From assembly GCA_013239625.1 (NCBI GenBank), contig MU053934.1, positions 10,765,003 to 10,829,002 of the forward strand: a stretch of DNA of 64,000 nt. The letters run 5' to 3'. The stretch comes from Lama guanicoe (taxonomy: Eukaryota). Below, in pieces: positions 50,600-63,700 of this stretch (position 1 is its first letter; each line of letters opens with the position of its first letter). Both the position numbers and the translations under genes were made by a program. A model generated the notes under the pieces. It ran no database searches, was not told the DNA's origin, and saw nothing but the letters and a program-made list of their open reading frames with translations.

Positions 50600-51079
50600 T
50601 CTTACCAAGTCCAAGCTGGTACTGCCGGCTTGCTGCACAGCAGGTCGTTAAATTCAGGGGTGGATTGTCGGGGCAAGGAACAGCGACTTTATTTGGAAAG
50701 AAGATGGTGGACTAGTGTCCCAAAGATCCATCTTGCTTGATGGTTAGAATTCAGGCTTCTTTTATACTGAAAGAGGAGGGGGTGAAGTCAAACATTTCCT
50801 GGTCTGTCAGACTCCAGAGGGGAGGTGTCAATTTCTGCCTTCCGGCCCTCATTGCCAGGTGGGCCTGGTCGGATGTTTCCTGTGAGCTAAACGAGGGCGT
50901 TTTAGCTTAATGCTCACTACCTGGGAGGCAGGGCTCCCAGAGACAGGCCATTATGTATAACTTAAAGCTTTTGGGTAACATCCCTTTAGTGATTAACTTG
51001 TAGGAAAAGCAATAGATACAAAGGATAAAGCAAATGAAGCAGACCCTGTATGGAGGCAGCTTTGTTCCTCCCTGTTGCG
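50600..51079 (-). mobile_element. Solo ERV1-type LTR (artiodactyl-like)
   Basis: Degenerate TG...CA termini (tcttacc / cctgttgcg). On the minus strand, TATAAAA (~50760-50766) lies upstream of AATAAA (50688-50693), the U3-R-U5 order. Confidence 0.75.
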
Positions 51080-52570
51080 AGGTGAGCCCAGCCCCCGCGC
51101 CGAGTCTCCGCTGGAGCCCACACGCCGCCGCCAAGGCCCAGGCCGTGCGCGGTCCCCGCCCCCGCGGCGGCCCTCCCGCCCTCGCGATCCTCCGCTGCCG
51201 CCCTCTGCAACGTCCCGCTCTCCACGCAGCCCCCACTCCCCTGTTTCCCCTTTGCACACTCCCGTGGCCCGTTTCAGCCCCGCTGTGCCGTCCCTGAAAG
51301 CCCAGCCGCTGCTGTCTCGGCTGGAGTCCAGCGCAGTGGACACTGGGGGCTCTCCTGCTGCGGCGGCTTCAGTTAACGCCGCCTCGCCGCCTTCCGCACG
51401 TGTCCGGTGCCGCTTCTCTTTGACAGCTGCAGAGTCGCTGCCCGCACCGACCCTGCGGGGCTCCGGCCGCCACTCCCCAGGGCGGCCCGCCCCGTGCCGG
51501 CCTCGCCCCATCCGGCCGCAGCGCCGCCAGCGTGAAGCGATGCTGCCGCTCTGTGACTCAGCCCCGTGCCCCGCGCTTCCGCGTGGGGGGGGGGCGGCGT
51601 GTGCTGTGGCTCCGGGAGGAGCATGGACGGGTTTCGGCCCGAGGGACAGTGAGGACCTCACACGTTCAGCGTCCTTCTGCCCCGGCTCCGGTGCCCTTAG
51701 CGTGAGGGGCAGCCTGGGGAGCACCGAGGGGGCCTGCTCTCGGGGTGCACGTTTCCCGACGTGAGCCGAGCCCGCCTTGCGCCGCTGGATGGCCGGCTGG
51801 TCGGCCAGCCCGACGGCTCGACGGGGGCGGCGCCGGCTTCGGAGCCACGCGCGGGGGGCGCGGGAGGGATGCCCCGCCCCACGCGGGCGCTGCCTGCTCC
51901 GCCCCCACGGGGCGCCGCCCACTGCAGCTCCCACCGCCTACCTGCCAGCCAACCAGGCCCCTCCCGGGGCAGCGCGGCCCCGCCCTGGGGGCGGGGCGTT
52001 GGCGCATTACATAAGCCGCCTGCTCCCGCTCCCGCTCCTGCGCGGCATCCGGGGCACCTGCCTCCGCTCTCCAGGGCTTCCTGACGTGGTGTTGGAGGCA
52101 GGTGTCAGACAGTTCTGATCTTTCCATTGTTTCCCTAATTTCATTGCAGAAAATGACTGATGGGGAGAAAGACACAATGCAGAGACTAATTTACAGCTAA
52201 TTCTTCAGAATAGTCATGATTGGCTAAGCTAGCAGTGGTGGATGTGTTTTATTTAATTTACAAATTTGCAGTTAAGCTAAGAGTAGCAGTTGGTGGGCTC
52301 CTTCTCCAGAGCTCTGATTTGATCAACGACGTGTCAGGACACAGGGCGGTGACGTTAGAAAAGCACGCCGGCAGGGAAGGCGCTGCGCCTGGTCAGCTGG
52401 TGGGAGGGGCTGGGAGCGCTGGCGCCGCCTCTGGGTCCCCTGCCGTGCTGCGTGGGCCCCCCCAGAACGCTCGGGCGCTGGTGCGGTTCTGGTGACGGGA
52501 GGCGCAGGGCGCTGGGCAGAAAGAGGGAAGCGTTATGCAGTGTCCTCTTACGCACGGGCGGTCACTGGGC
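51080..52570. promoter_or_regulatory. Strong CpG island, probable promoter or enhancer
   Basis: Highest CpG density in the window. GC boxes at 51977-51997, TGACTCA at 51554, TTACATAA at 52007, TGACGTGG at 52082. Confidence 0.7.
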
Positions 52571-52807
52571 TTGCCTGTTTAGGGGACCCTCACTGCAGGT
52601 CCCACCCCTGTCCTCATGGTGCAGGTGCCAACAGACCAGGTAGATATTGAGATAAACAAACAAACAAGTGTTATTTTATTGCTCTTTAATTATTTAAAGC
52701 AGACAAATAGGGTGCTGATAGAGTAACAGTTGGGAGTTAAGGAGAGAGAGCCATTGTTCAGAGAAGACCTTTGGGATGAGGCCTTGGGGCTGCTGACCAG
52801 AAGGGTC

Positions 52808-53488
52808 CGCCATGGCTGGTTTTGTGTCACCTTCGCTGGGCTGTGGTACCCGGTTATTCAATCTAATCCTGATCTGTTGTCACCGTGAAGGCCCTTTGTA
52901 GACGCAGTTAACCCCTACCACCTCAGTTCGTTTTAAGTAAAGCAGATGGCCTCTTCATGTGGGTGGGCCATCTGCCCAGCTGAGGGTTCTCAGCGCACAA
53001 GGGCTGCGGGAGCCCTGGGAGGTCTGCGCGGGGTTGGCGCAGGGAGGGACTTCTGAGCTGTCAAAGAGAAAGAAAAGCAGCGCTGGACACGTGTGAAGGG
53101 TGGCGAGACAGATTTTATTGAAACCACTGCAGCAGGAGAGAGACTCCAGTTTCGACGGCACTGGACTCCAGCTAAGAGGTGACTGGAGTTTTTAAAGGGA
53201 GAACAGAGAGAGAATGAAATGGGGCTACGGGAAAGTGAGAAGGGGGAACAAAAAAGAATGGGGGTGCTGTGTGCAGTGTCAGTGTCGCCTGAGAGCTCCA
53301 GCCTGCCGGTCTCACCCAGTCCCCACAGTCCTGTGAGCCAATCCCCTGCAATAAATCTATTTCATTTCTTTTTATTTCTGCTTCTATCATATCTACTTTA
53401 TTTATTTTACTTTTACTTTATTATATAATAAACACGCAAAATGTCCTACTTGCTCTGTGTCTCTGTTGAACAGTGCTGGATGCTAACA
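52808..53488 (+). mobile_element. MLT2 (ERVL) LTR
   Basis: 'aagtaaagcagatggcctcttcatgtgggtgggcc' and 3' 'gtgagccaatcccctgcaataaatc...ctctgtgtctctg'. Confidence 0.8.
53059..53285 (-). mobile_element. Partial ERV1-type LTR nested in MLT2
   Basis: Begins 'tgtcaaagagaaag...cagattttattga' (antisense poly(A) signal) and breaks the MLT2 match. Confidence 0.5.
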
Positions 53489-53549
53489 CTAGGTCCCGAA
53501 ATGTGTGTCCTCTGTCTCACATTACACAGGCACCATTTTTGTGGAACTC

Positions 53550-53730
53550 ATTTTCACGTAGCTTCAGCTACGCACATATGCTGAAAACATCCAGATTTCT
53601 GCCTGCGCCCTGCCCCTCTCTCCTGACACCACAGTCACAAAATCCAACAGCCAGCTGGACGTGACGGCCCAGATGGCCCCAGGTGTCTCAGCCTCATCAG
53701 GTCCGCCAAGAAACCCGCTAACCTGCTTCC
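53550..53730 (+). mobile_element. L2 fragment
   Basis: 'atatgctgaaaacatccagattt...ctctctcctga...atccaacagccagctggac'. Confidence 0.6.
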
Positions 53731-53749
53731 GCTCTAAATTTCTTCCACT

Positions 53750-56700
53750 TTCTTTGTTTTTTAAATACTTGACTAGTCCTTAATTATAATGTAACACAAA
53801 CAGGAAAGTGCATAAGTCGTAAGTGTACTCTCTGTAGGGTTTAATGAATTTTCGCCAAGCAAACACACTCATGAAATCACCACCCAGGTCGAGACTTACA
53901 CGTCACCACGGCCCCGACACCCCCGTTCCCCTCCCTAGCCTAGACCACCTTCCTCCTGGCAAAGTTAACCTCATTCTGACTGCTCACACCTGGGTTGGTT
54001 CCACCTGTTCTGAATCTTACAGAAGCAGAATCATAGAGTCTGTACTGTTCTGTGCCTGTTCCTTTCACTCCGTATCCTGTGTGGGGGACTCTTCCATGAA
54101 GTTTTGTTGATTAACGATTTATTCATCTCTATTAGTGTCGAGTCTCCACTGCGTAATTATACCACAACTTGTTTAAGCATTTTACCATTGATGGACACTG
54201 GGCTGTTTCCACAGAGGGGCGATCTTGTATGGTGCTGCATGATTATCTACACGACGTTGGTGACCGCGTGCACGCAGCTCGCAGAATGAAATTGCTGGAA
54301 CCCACCTTTTGTGTATGTTTATCTTGAGCAGATCCTGTCCAGCAGTTTCCCAAACTAGCTGCAAAATGCAAAGCTCTTGCCCCCAGAGTGTGAGCGTTCC
54401 AGTTGCTCCTCACCCCTGGCGACACTTGCTGTTGTCGGATGGTTTCCATTTTATCCTTCCAGGACGTATGGAACAGTATTTCATTGTGATTCTTATTTTC
54501 TTTTCTTGTTTAATATGAGGGTGAACACTGTTCCCCAGACTGGGGGACTTTAGGGTGTCTTCTTTTGCAAACTGACTGTCCAGACCGCTTGCCAACACTT
54601 TACTGAGACTTTGGTTTGTTTTCCCTGCTGATTTTGAAGTCCTTTGTTACAAGTAGCATGAATATCTTCTCTCGTTCAGCAGTTTTTCAATTTCCTCTTT
54701 TTGGTGTCTTTTAGTGAAAACAATTTCCTAATTTTAGCGTAGAACTTTATCACTGTTTTCTTACTCAGTAAGGGCATTTTGTGTCCTGCTTGAGAAATCG
54801 TTGCCAACTAAGATCACTCAGGAATTCTCCTGTGTTATCCTTTCACATCAAGATTTATAGCATCTCTGAAAATGAATTTTGTGTGTGACGGGAACAGGAC
54901 AAGATTTATTTTCTCCATATGCATCTCCAATTGACTCAGCATCATTTACTAAAAAGACATTTCCCACTGCCCTGAAGCACCGTTATTGTAAATCATCTGT
55001 CTACAAAGTGTACACAGCCTCTGGGCTCTTCCACTGGTCTCCTTGCCTGTCCTTCATTGCAACACTGTCTTAATCACTGCAGCTTTACAATAAATCTTGA
55101 TTCCTGCTAGTGTGATTCCTCCAACTGCATTCTTTTTTAAGATTGTCATAGCTGTTCTTGGTCCTTTGTGCTTTCATATGAATTTCTAGAATCAGTTCAG
55201 AATGATTTTTAGAATAACTATTTAAAAAAACACTGGCTAAGATTTTTGTCTGGGATTACATAAAATCTGCCGATCAACTTGCAAACAATTGATATTTAAC
55301 TATTATATATTCCAATCCATTATTTTGTTTAATTTCTCCAAAGAATATTTTGTAGTTTTCTGTATAGAGATCTTTGCATATATTTAGTTATTCCTAGGAC
55401 TTCAGATTTTTCAAGTCATGATTAATGATGTCCTTTTAAACTCAATTTTGTCTTTTATTTGTTTTTGGTATATAGAGGTACAACTGAGCTGTATATATTG
55501 ACCTTGTCAGAGAAACCTTGTTACATTTACCTATTAATTATCCTAGTTTATCTATAAATAGCTTACATTCTCTATGAAATCTTATCATCTGATAATTACA
55601 ACACTTATTGTTTTTACCCAGCAGCACAACTGTAATACTTTTTCCTGCCTTATTCCACTGGCTAGAACTTCCAGGGCATTTCTAAGGAAGTGAGAGCTTG
55701 TCTGTTCCCAACACTTATCAGGCAAGCTGCCAGCGAAGCCTCGTCGCTAGCTGCGATGCTCACTGTGGGCATTTCTTCCTTAGATAATTCTTACCAGATT
55801 AAGAAAGCTCCCTTCTGTACCAAGGTTGCTAAGGGAGTTTTGGTTTGCTTGCTTTTTACCATGAATCAGTGCCGAATTTCATCAGATTTGTGTGTGTGTG
55901 TGAGTGTGTTTTAATTGAGATGATCATAGAATTTCTCTTCTTTATTTGGTGATAACGGTGAGTTGAAATGGCTGACTTCCCAGGGTTCCCTCCACACGCC
56001 TGCACGCCGGGCACTCCTGCAGTACACCCAGCTCGATGGGTGCTGTCTGTTTCATGCCTCACGGATCTGATTTTCTAATACCAACCCTGGGGATTTTTGC
56101 CTCTATATGTAACAGAGACATTCATCTTTGCATTAGTTTCCTTATTGCCACTGTAACAAATTTCCACAAACTTACTGGATTAAAAGACACAGATTTATTG
56201 TCTTTCAGTTCTAGAGATCAGAAGTTTAAAATCAAGATGTCAGCAGAGCTGGTTCTTTCTTGATGCCTCAGAAGAGAACCAATTTCCTTTTTTTTTTTTT
56301 TTTTTTTTTTTTTAACACCATATCTTTGGCTCCCAGCCTCTCCCTCCCATCATCCCCAGTTTCTTGGTTCAGTCATCACATCTCCTCCCAAGTCTGATGT
56401 TCCTTTCTTCCCTACAAAGGGCACCTGTGACTGCATTGGGGTCACCAGGACAGTCCAGGACAATCTCCACATCGCAGGTGCTTAATTTAATCATGTCTGC
56501 AAAGTCCCTTTTACAGATATGGTAGCATTTTCAGAGGTCCAGGGATTAAGTCGTGGATATTTTTGGTGGTGAAGTGGGACATGAGCCAACCCGCCACAGT
56601 CCCTAAACAATATTTATTTGTAAAGTATGCATACGGTTTTTGTTATCAAGATGGTACTGACCTTACCCAGACAGTTGGGAAATGTTTCTGTCTATCTGTT

Positions 56701-59080
56701 CTCTGGAACAATACCTGGTATGTAAGAGTTTTGTATATTTTCTTATTGTGTAAATGTTCAGACGAATGTGAAGGCACACAGGCTCAGCGGACATTTGGGG
56801 GTTAATGGAGAAATTTCAATTATATATTTAATTATCACTCTAGTATTTAATAAAGAGGGAGGTTTTGATCAATTGTGGTTTTAATATTTAAAACTTCGCC
56901 TGTCCTCCCTCCCCGCCCCTCGGACCCTGCTCAGTGTTGCCAGTTGTTTATCTAATGGATTATTCTTCCTAATGAAACCAGCATTTGCTGCTGTTAATTT
57001 ATCTCGTTATAATAATTTGCCTTTTTCTTTAATTTTTCATTTTATCTTCATTTTGTATGTAACTGTCATTTTAAATTTAACTTCCTGTCCTTTTCCCCAG
57101 CTACTTGAGAAGGATATTTAGATTAATTTTGAGCCTCTAATCTTTTTGATTATTAAGTCCATGTGCTTCCCTCTAAGCACAGCTACATTCCTCGCATTTC
57201 TCACTGCAGTTTTATAATCACATAGGACAAAACATTTTCTAATTTCCTTTGTGAATTGTTTTCTGTGATCCATAATTTATTTAGAGATGTGTTACTTGTC
57301 TTTCAGATATTTGGAAATTATCTACTTCCTTTTTTTAAATTATTGATTTCTAGCCCAGCTCTACTGCGGTCAGAGAATATACCATGGATAATTTCAGTCA
57401 TTTCTTGAGACTTGCTTTATGGTTCAACATAAGGGTAATTTTGGTAAATGATCCATGTGCACATTAAAAAAATGAATAATTTACATTTGATGGATACAGT
57501 GTTCAACATTTTAAATTATGTTAAATTTGTTAATCATGTTGTCAAAATTTTCTCTACGATAAATGATCATATTGTTTGCTTTTGCTTTTCGTTCCACGAT
57601 GAGGTGTGTTGAGATCCCCTGTTAATGAAAGTTCCCTTGTTCAGTTTATGCTCTTTGTTTATCAGCTTTGGTTATGCAACTTGCAGGCCAGGTTCCCAGG
57701 TGACAGTATTTGTAGGATTGTTTTATTTCCCCAGAGGGGTGACCCTTTAACGGCTATGAAATGTTTCTTTTCACCTGGAAATCCTTCCTGCCGTAGTGCC
57801 TGCCTCGGCTGGTGTCTGACAGTGCCGTCCCTGTGCCGTCACCACGACGCCCTTTGGTACTCGTTATCTCTACGTTTAGCTTGGTGTATCTTTTCACGTC
57901 TTTTAGTATCAGCCTTCCTGCAACTTTAAGTTTAAGATGTGACTTTTGTAAGCAGTATATAGTGTATTTTTTTCTCTTGCTATGAAAATTTTGTATATTA
58001 ACAGTGTGCGGTCTGTTTATATGTAATATAAACATGGACATTTTGGGGTTGGAATTTCCTGCCTTAATATTTCTGCATATCGCACCCGATCTGTTTCTAT
58101 TCCCTTTGTTTTTTTTGACTTTTTGTGGTTGATTCTTTGGGTGGGGGGGTGATTTTTATCATTCCTTCCCCCATTCTCCTAACTCGTTATCCATGCCTCC
58201 TTTGACTACGTATTTCACTTGCGTGGAGTATTCCTCCCATCCTTGAATTGTCAATTTCTAGAATATTTTATCACTTCTTGAACATAAAAACTGTGCAATA
58301 CTTTAATCGCCTCCCTTACTTTTCCATGATTATTGCCTTATATGTTAATCACATATATTTTAACTCCCCTAATTATTACAATACATAATCACAATCCCAA
58401 TTTCACTGTACGTGTAATTACACACACTTACATATGAACGTACGTAACCATATGACTACAGTTACACCTATATGTACAGTGTACGTATATATTCCTTCCT
58501 CATTGAGATGCTTCTGCTGGGAGTGACTTCCCTTCACCTGAACAGCTTCTGTAGTTTGTGTAGTGAGAGTGGCACTGGTGTCTAACTACTTCAGTAATGG
58601 TCTGATTATGTCTTCATTCCGCCTTCAGTTTGAACATTGTTCTTTCTGGACTCCTGGGCCGGCCACCGTCTTCCTTCAGCCCTCCACCCGTGGCTGTCTG
58701 GTTGAGCCCTCTTTCTTACTGCTGGTCTTGTTAAGGGAATGTATTTTATTCTCTCTGATGACTTTCAAGATGTTTCTCTTTGCCTTTGTTTTTCTGAGTT
58801 TGACTCAAATAAGTGTCTGTGTGTATGTTTGGTTCTTTTGGCCAACGTGGGACAAATATTAGACAGTAATGCCCCGTTTCATTTTCTTCTTTCTCTGACT
58901 CTCCACTTATTTACATGCTGGACATTCTCACCGTGTCTTGAGCGCCTCCTACACCCTTTCAAAACACCTCCCATCCTTTTCTCTTTGTTGCTCTAGCCTG
59001 GATATTTTCTTCTAAACTATAATTTCACTCAGTCATCCTCTTTATTTTACTTATGATGTTCATCACTTTGGTTATCCAGT
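53750..59080 (-). mobile_element. Long degraded antisense L1 (L1ME/L1MD-like)
   Basis: 3' end near 53780-53900. ORF2-antisense motifs such as 'cagctttacaataaatcttg' and 'ctgcggtcagagaatat...tgagacttgctttatgg'. Confidence 0.8.
56129..56598 (-). mobile_element. MaLR LTR (MLT1C/D-like) nested in L1, containing a poly(T) tract
   Basis: 'tgcattagtttccttattgccactgtaacaaatttccacaaactt...catgtctgcaaagtccctttt...ccgccaca'. Confidence 0.88.
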
Positions 59081-59429
59081 CATATTTATGATCATATATA
59101 AAGTGCCCAGTAACTCAGAAATACTGCTTGCAAACATTCTCAACAAAACAATTTTATTTAAGTTGTCCCCCCTGACATCACCGTCTTTGTCACAACTCAA
59201 GCAACATTTGAATCATGGAAGATAGTCCTCCAAAGTGTTTTTACTTTATTTCCAGCTAAACTGCTTTGGGATCTTTTTGAATTATATATTACACTCTTAG
59301 TGAAAATTTAGTCCAAACCTCACATTCCCACTTGCATACTTTTTAGTGAAGTTGATTATTTAATCATTATCTAGATGTGTGTTTGTGATTGATACAAAAT
59401 AACTCCACGACTATGGTTTTTTGTTATAG

Positions 59430-62200
59430 TGGTTTTCCTTATTATAACTTAGGTAGAATTTGCATACTGTAAAATTCACTATTTTAAAGCACATAGGTCA
59501 GTAGTAGATCCTCAAGACTGTGTCATCATGTGATTCCAAAGCATCTTCACCACCCCCAAAGAAACTTCGTACACATTGACCCTCAGCCCAGGCTTGACAA
59601 CCACTGATGCACTTTCTGTCCCTATTTGCCTACTCTGGACATTTTATACAAGAAATTATACAATGTGTGACCTTTGTAACTGGATTCTCTCACCTAGCAT
59701 AATGTTTCCAAGGTCCATCGAGGTTGTAGCATGTGTCAGTACCCCGTTACTTTGTGTGGCTGAACATTCCATATATCCCATGCTTATGGATGTGTAGTGT
59801 CTGTTCATCTGTTCATCTGTTGATGGACATTTGAATTGTTTTCACCTTTTGGCTCTTGTGAACAGTGCTAGTATGAATGTCTGTATACAAGTTCTTGTTT
59901 GAATACCTGTTTTAAATTTTTTGGGGTAAAAACCTTGGAGTGGAATTACTGGGTCATATTATAACTCTATATTTAACTCTTTGAGGAACTGGGAAACTGT
60001 CTTCCACAGCCGCTGCACATTTGACATCCCCCCCAGCAGCGTATGAGCGTTCTGATTTCTTCACATACTTGCCAACACTGACTTCCCGATTTCCGGCCGT
60101 GGCAGTCCTGGAAGGGTGTGAAGAAGTAGGTCACTGTGGTTTTCATTTGCGTTTTGTTAATATCTAATGATGTCAAGCAACTTTTCACATGCTTATTGGC
60201 CATTTGCATATCTTCTTTGGAGAAATATCTATTCAAGTCCTTGCCCATTTTCAAACTGGGTTACTTGTCTTTTTGCAGTTGAGTTACAGGGGTTCTCTGT
60301 ATATTCTGGATGACAAAGCCTTATAAGATGTATGGTTTGCAAATACTTTCTCCCATTCTGTGGCTGGTCTCTTCACTCCCTTGGCAGTGTCCTTTGATGC
60401 ACAAAAAGTTTTTTAGTCTCGATGAAGTTCAATTTACCCAATTTTCCTTTGGTTGCTTGTGTTTTTGGTGGCATATCTAGAAATCTTTGCCTAATCCAAG
60501 GCCATGAAGATTTACACCTATGTTTTCTCCTAAGGAATTTGTGATTTTAGCTCTTGCATTTAAGTATTTGGTCCTTTTTGAGTTAATTTTTGTAAATGGT
60601 TGGTGGAAGTGTCTAATTTTTTTTTCTTTTTTTGCTGTAGGTATTCAGTTGTCCTGGTGCCATTTGTTGAAAAGACTATTATTCTTTCCCTATTTCTTTT
60701 CCCAGAAAATCAATGGACTCTCCAGCTCGCTCCGCGGATGCACGTCCGCCCTCGTACCAGCATCACGCTGCCTTTCTTACTGTAGCTTTGCAGCAGGTTT
60801 TGAAATTGGGAAATGCAAATCTTCCGATTTTGTTCTTCTTTTTCAAGATGTTTTTGGCTATTCTGGTTCCCTTGCAATTTCATACAAATTTTAGAATCAG
60901 CTCGTCTGTTTTTGTCAAAAAAAAGTCAGTTGGAATTTTTACAGGAATTGTGTTGAATGTGCTAATCAATTTGGGGAATGCTGTCTTCTTCACAGTATTA
61001 CGTCTTCTGATTCATTAACATGGGACATTTTCCCATTTATTGAGGTCTTTAATTTCTTTCAACAACTTTTTGGAGTTTTCAGTGTACAAATCTTGCATTT
61101 ATTTTATTAAATATATGAAATATATTCTTAGGTATTTTGTCCTCTTTGATGTTATTGTAAATAGTATTGTTCCCTTAATATTTTTAAAATTTCAATTAAG
61201 TTAAAAAATGTTTTAAACTGCAGTGATTATATTTTTGGTTGTCCTTTGACAGTGTGTGGGGACCGGCTGATTTTTGTATGCTGATCTCGTGTCCTGAACT
61301 CATACAGTAGCTCCAATAGTTTCTTCTTTTTGGGTGGGGGATGAATTCTTAGTGTTTTTTCATAAATAAAATTATGTCACCTGCAGCTAGAGATAGTTTC
61401 CCTTCTTTTCCAATATAGAAAACGTTTATCCCTGATTTTAGTAAACTGAGTCTTCATGTTTTTAATTGGTCAGTCTAAGGAAAGGGTTTCCAAATTTTAC
61501 AATTTGAAAAAAGCCTTCCATCTCACTGATGTTGTCTCTTGTTTTCCTGCTCTCTGTTTTGCCTGTGTGCTACTTAATCTTTGCTATTTGTCTTGTCTTG
61601 GGCCTAATTTGCTCTTCTGTTTCTCGTTTCTCAAGGTGGGAGCTCCGGACCTTGACCTGAGATCTCTCTTCTATCACTGGCGTGAGCATTCAGGACCGCA
61701 CAGCTTGTTCTGAGCGCAGCTTGCACTGCATCTCCAGATTTTGGTAGCTTGTGTTTCCCTCCGAGTCAAAGATTTTTTCTAATTTTCCTTGCTGTCTCTT
61801 CTTTGACCCGTTGGTTAATTAGGAGTGTGCTGTTTGTTTTCCCCATAGTTATCAGCTGTCCAACTTTCTTCCCTTCATTGATTTTTAATTCTATTCCATT
61901 GTGGTCAGGGAACTTGCTTTGTATGATCTCAGTCCTTTTAAATTTACTGAGACTCGTGTTATGGCCTAACATATGGTCTATCCTGGGGGATGTTTCACGT
62001 ACAGATTCGACGCCGCTGCGCGTAGATCTGTGTGTTCTGCTGCTGCTGGGGAAGCGGTCCACAGACGCCCCTCGGCCTAGTGGGTTACGGTGGTGTCCGC
62101 TCCTCTGTCTCCTTGCTAAGCTCTTTAGTTGTTCTGTTCATAACTGACCAGGGGTACTGAAGTCTCCAGCTGTGGTTTTTGAATCATCTGTTTCTCCTTT
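59430..62200 (-). mobile_element. Antisense L1 (L1MA/L1MB-like): 3' UTR and ORF2 pieces
   Basis: ORF2 remnants KDLNRYFSKEDMQMANKHVK (59973..60254) and SPRIDHMLGHNTSLSKFKRTEIIQSKFPDHNGIELKIN (61766..62062). Confidence 0.92.
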
Positions 62201-63594
62201 CAACGATTCCGGCGCTCCCTTCCCTCTCGTTAATGGCATGTGTGTTTCCCATTGCTTTGTCTGCTTGGTCACTCTGCTTATCTGCCCATAAACGTTACTT
62301 TCCTTAAAAATCCTGTCTACTGAGACTTTTATTTCTGTTACTACTTTAGCGTAAATTATTCCATTTTTTGTATATTTAGTTTCTCTTATGAAATTCTTCA
62401 TTTTATCACCTATATTTTAAAATTTTAGTAATTTTAAAGTTTATGTAAAACAGCTTTTATGTATAAGAAATCTCGTGGATCTCTTTCTAATGTTTGTTCT
62501 TTCTCTTTTCTGTTTCCTTGCCTTTGTACTCCAGGCTGACATGCCTGATGATTTTTGTTGTTGAATGTCGGAACTTGCGTCTAAAACTTGTATAGATGAT
62601 TCGATTCTACTGTTTTCCCTCAAAAAATTTACCATTGCTGCTGGCAGCCTTTTATGCTGGGGCTAGTTCCAAGCTATGAATCCATTTATTTGAAGTGTTT
62701 GCAAATTCTGGTCTCGTCTTGGCTTGCTTTTGCTTTTCTGTAGCCCCTCCAGAAATCCGAAATTAAAATTTGGATTACTTTTGAGGGCTTTTCTCTTCGA
62801 GGGGCCTGGGAAAAAACCCAACGTTTATATCTCCCGGACATACAAAAGTTCCAAAAGCTCTGTTCAACTTCTTAGTCCCCAGCTGTCGCTTAAATATCAA
62901 CACACAAGCAAGGCCACGAGCAGCTGAGGCCAGCCCAGATCAGACAAGTGCCCTCCCCATGACATGTGCTTAGCCTGCCAACCTCGGGGTAGAAAAGAAA
63001 TAACTTCTGGGGTAGTGTGTTGTGCAGGACGTGGGATCAACTGCCTGAGACAACACTTTCTTCCACAAAGAGTTCCTGTTATCTTTGCACCCCTGGATTC
63101 ACAAACACCTCTCAGATGAGGCTTGGCCATGAGACCATCTGCTTGTACAGCTGGAAGCAGGTTTCAACCATCCCAACCATTTTCTGGCTGAACTCCTAAA
63201 TTTGTTTCAAGATTTAGCCCCAGAAGAGCTCACCTGGGTTCCTTAGCCCACCCTCCACCCCAACCCCTCATAACTTTCGCGCACATGTCTGTTAGGGCAC
63301 CTTTCACATTGTGACCAACCAGCGACTGGTACGTGCTGCCCCTGCTGCCCCCACCGTGTTGAATACGCAAGTTGGCGCTCTGTTACCTTCAGATCCTCAG
63401 TGCAATTTCCAGCCTCTGTTATCGGCTGAGTCTACGCTCAGACAATGATGGGTAACAGGGACAGTGTCTGAAGGCTGTGTGATATTTCATGACACACAAA
63501 ATATTATTACAGACATTATTTTGAGTCTCACGTTGAGCGACGGAAGCTACTTACCTCGTCACATAAGGCAGGTGCTGTCTTTGGTACAAGCTGT

Positions 63595-63700
63595 TGACCA
63601 CTTCCTATATGGAGAAACTGGACCCCACCGAGGTTGAGTAACTGGCCTGAGATGACAAGGCTTGTAGTTAAGACGATGGGACTAGAATCTGTGCTCTCTT
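63595..63700 (-). mobile_element. MIR SINE
   Basis: 'atatggagaaactgga...gaggttgagtaactggcctgagatgaca...gggactagaatc'. Confidence 0.6.

Noticed and set aside
50993..51934. 313-aa ORF and overlapping 229-aa opposite-strand ORF
   Set aside because: Arg/Gly/Ala/Pro-rich frames expected from a stop-poor CpG island. The C-terminus runs into LTR sequence.
59100..59420. AT-rich block possibly from a DNA transposon
   Set aside because: No terminal inverted repeats or family could be recognised, so it was left unannotated.
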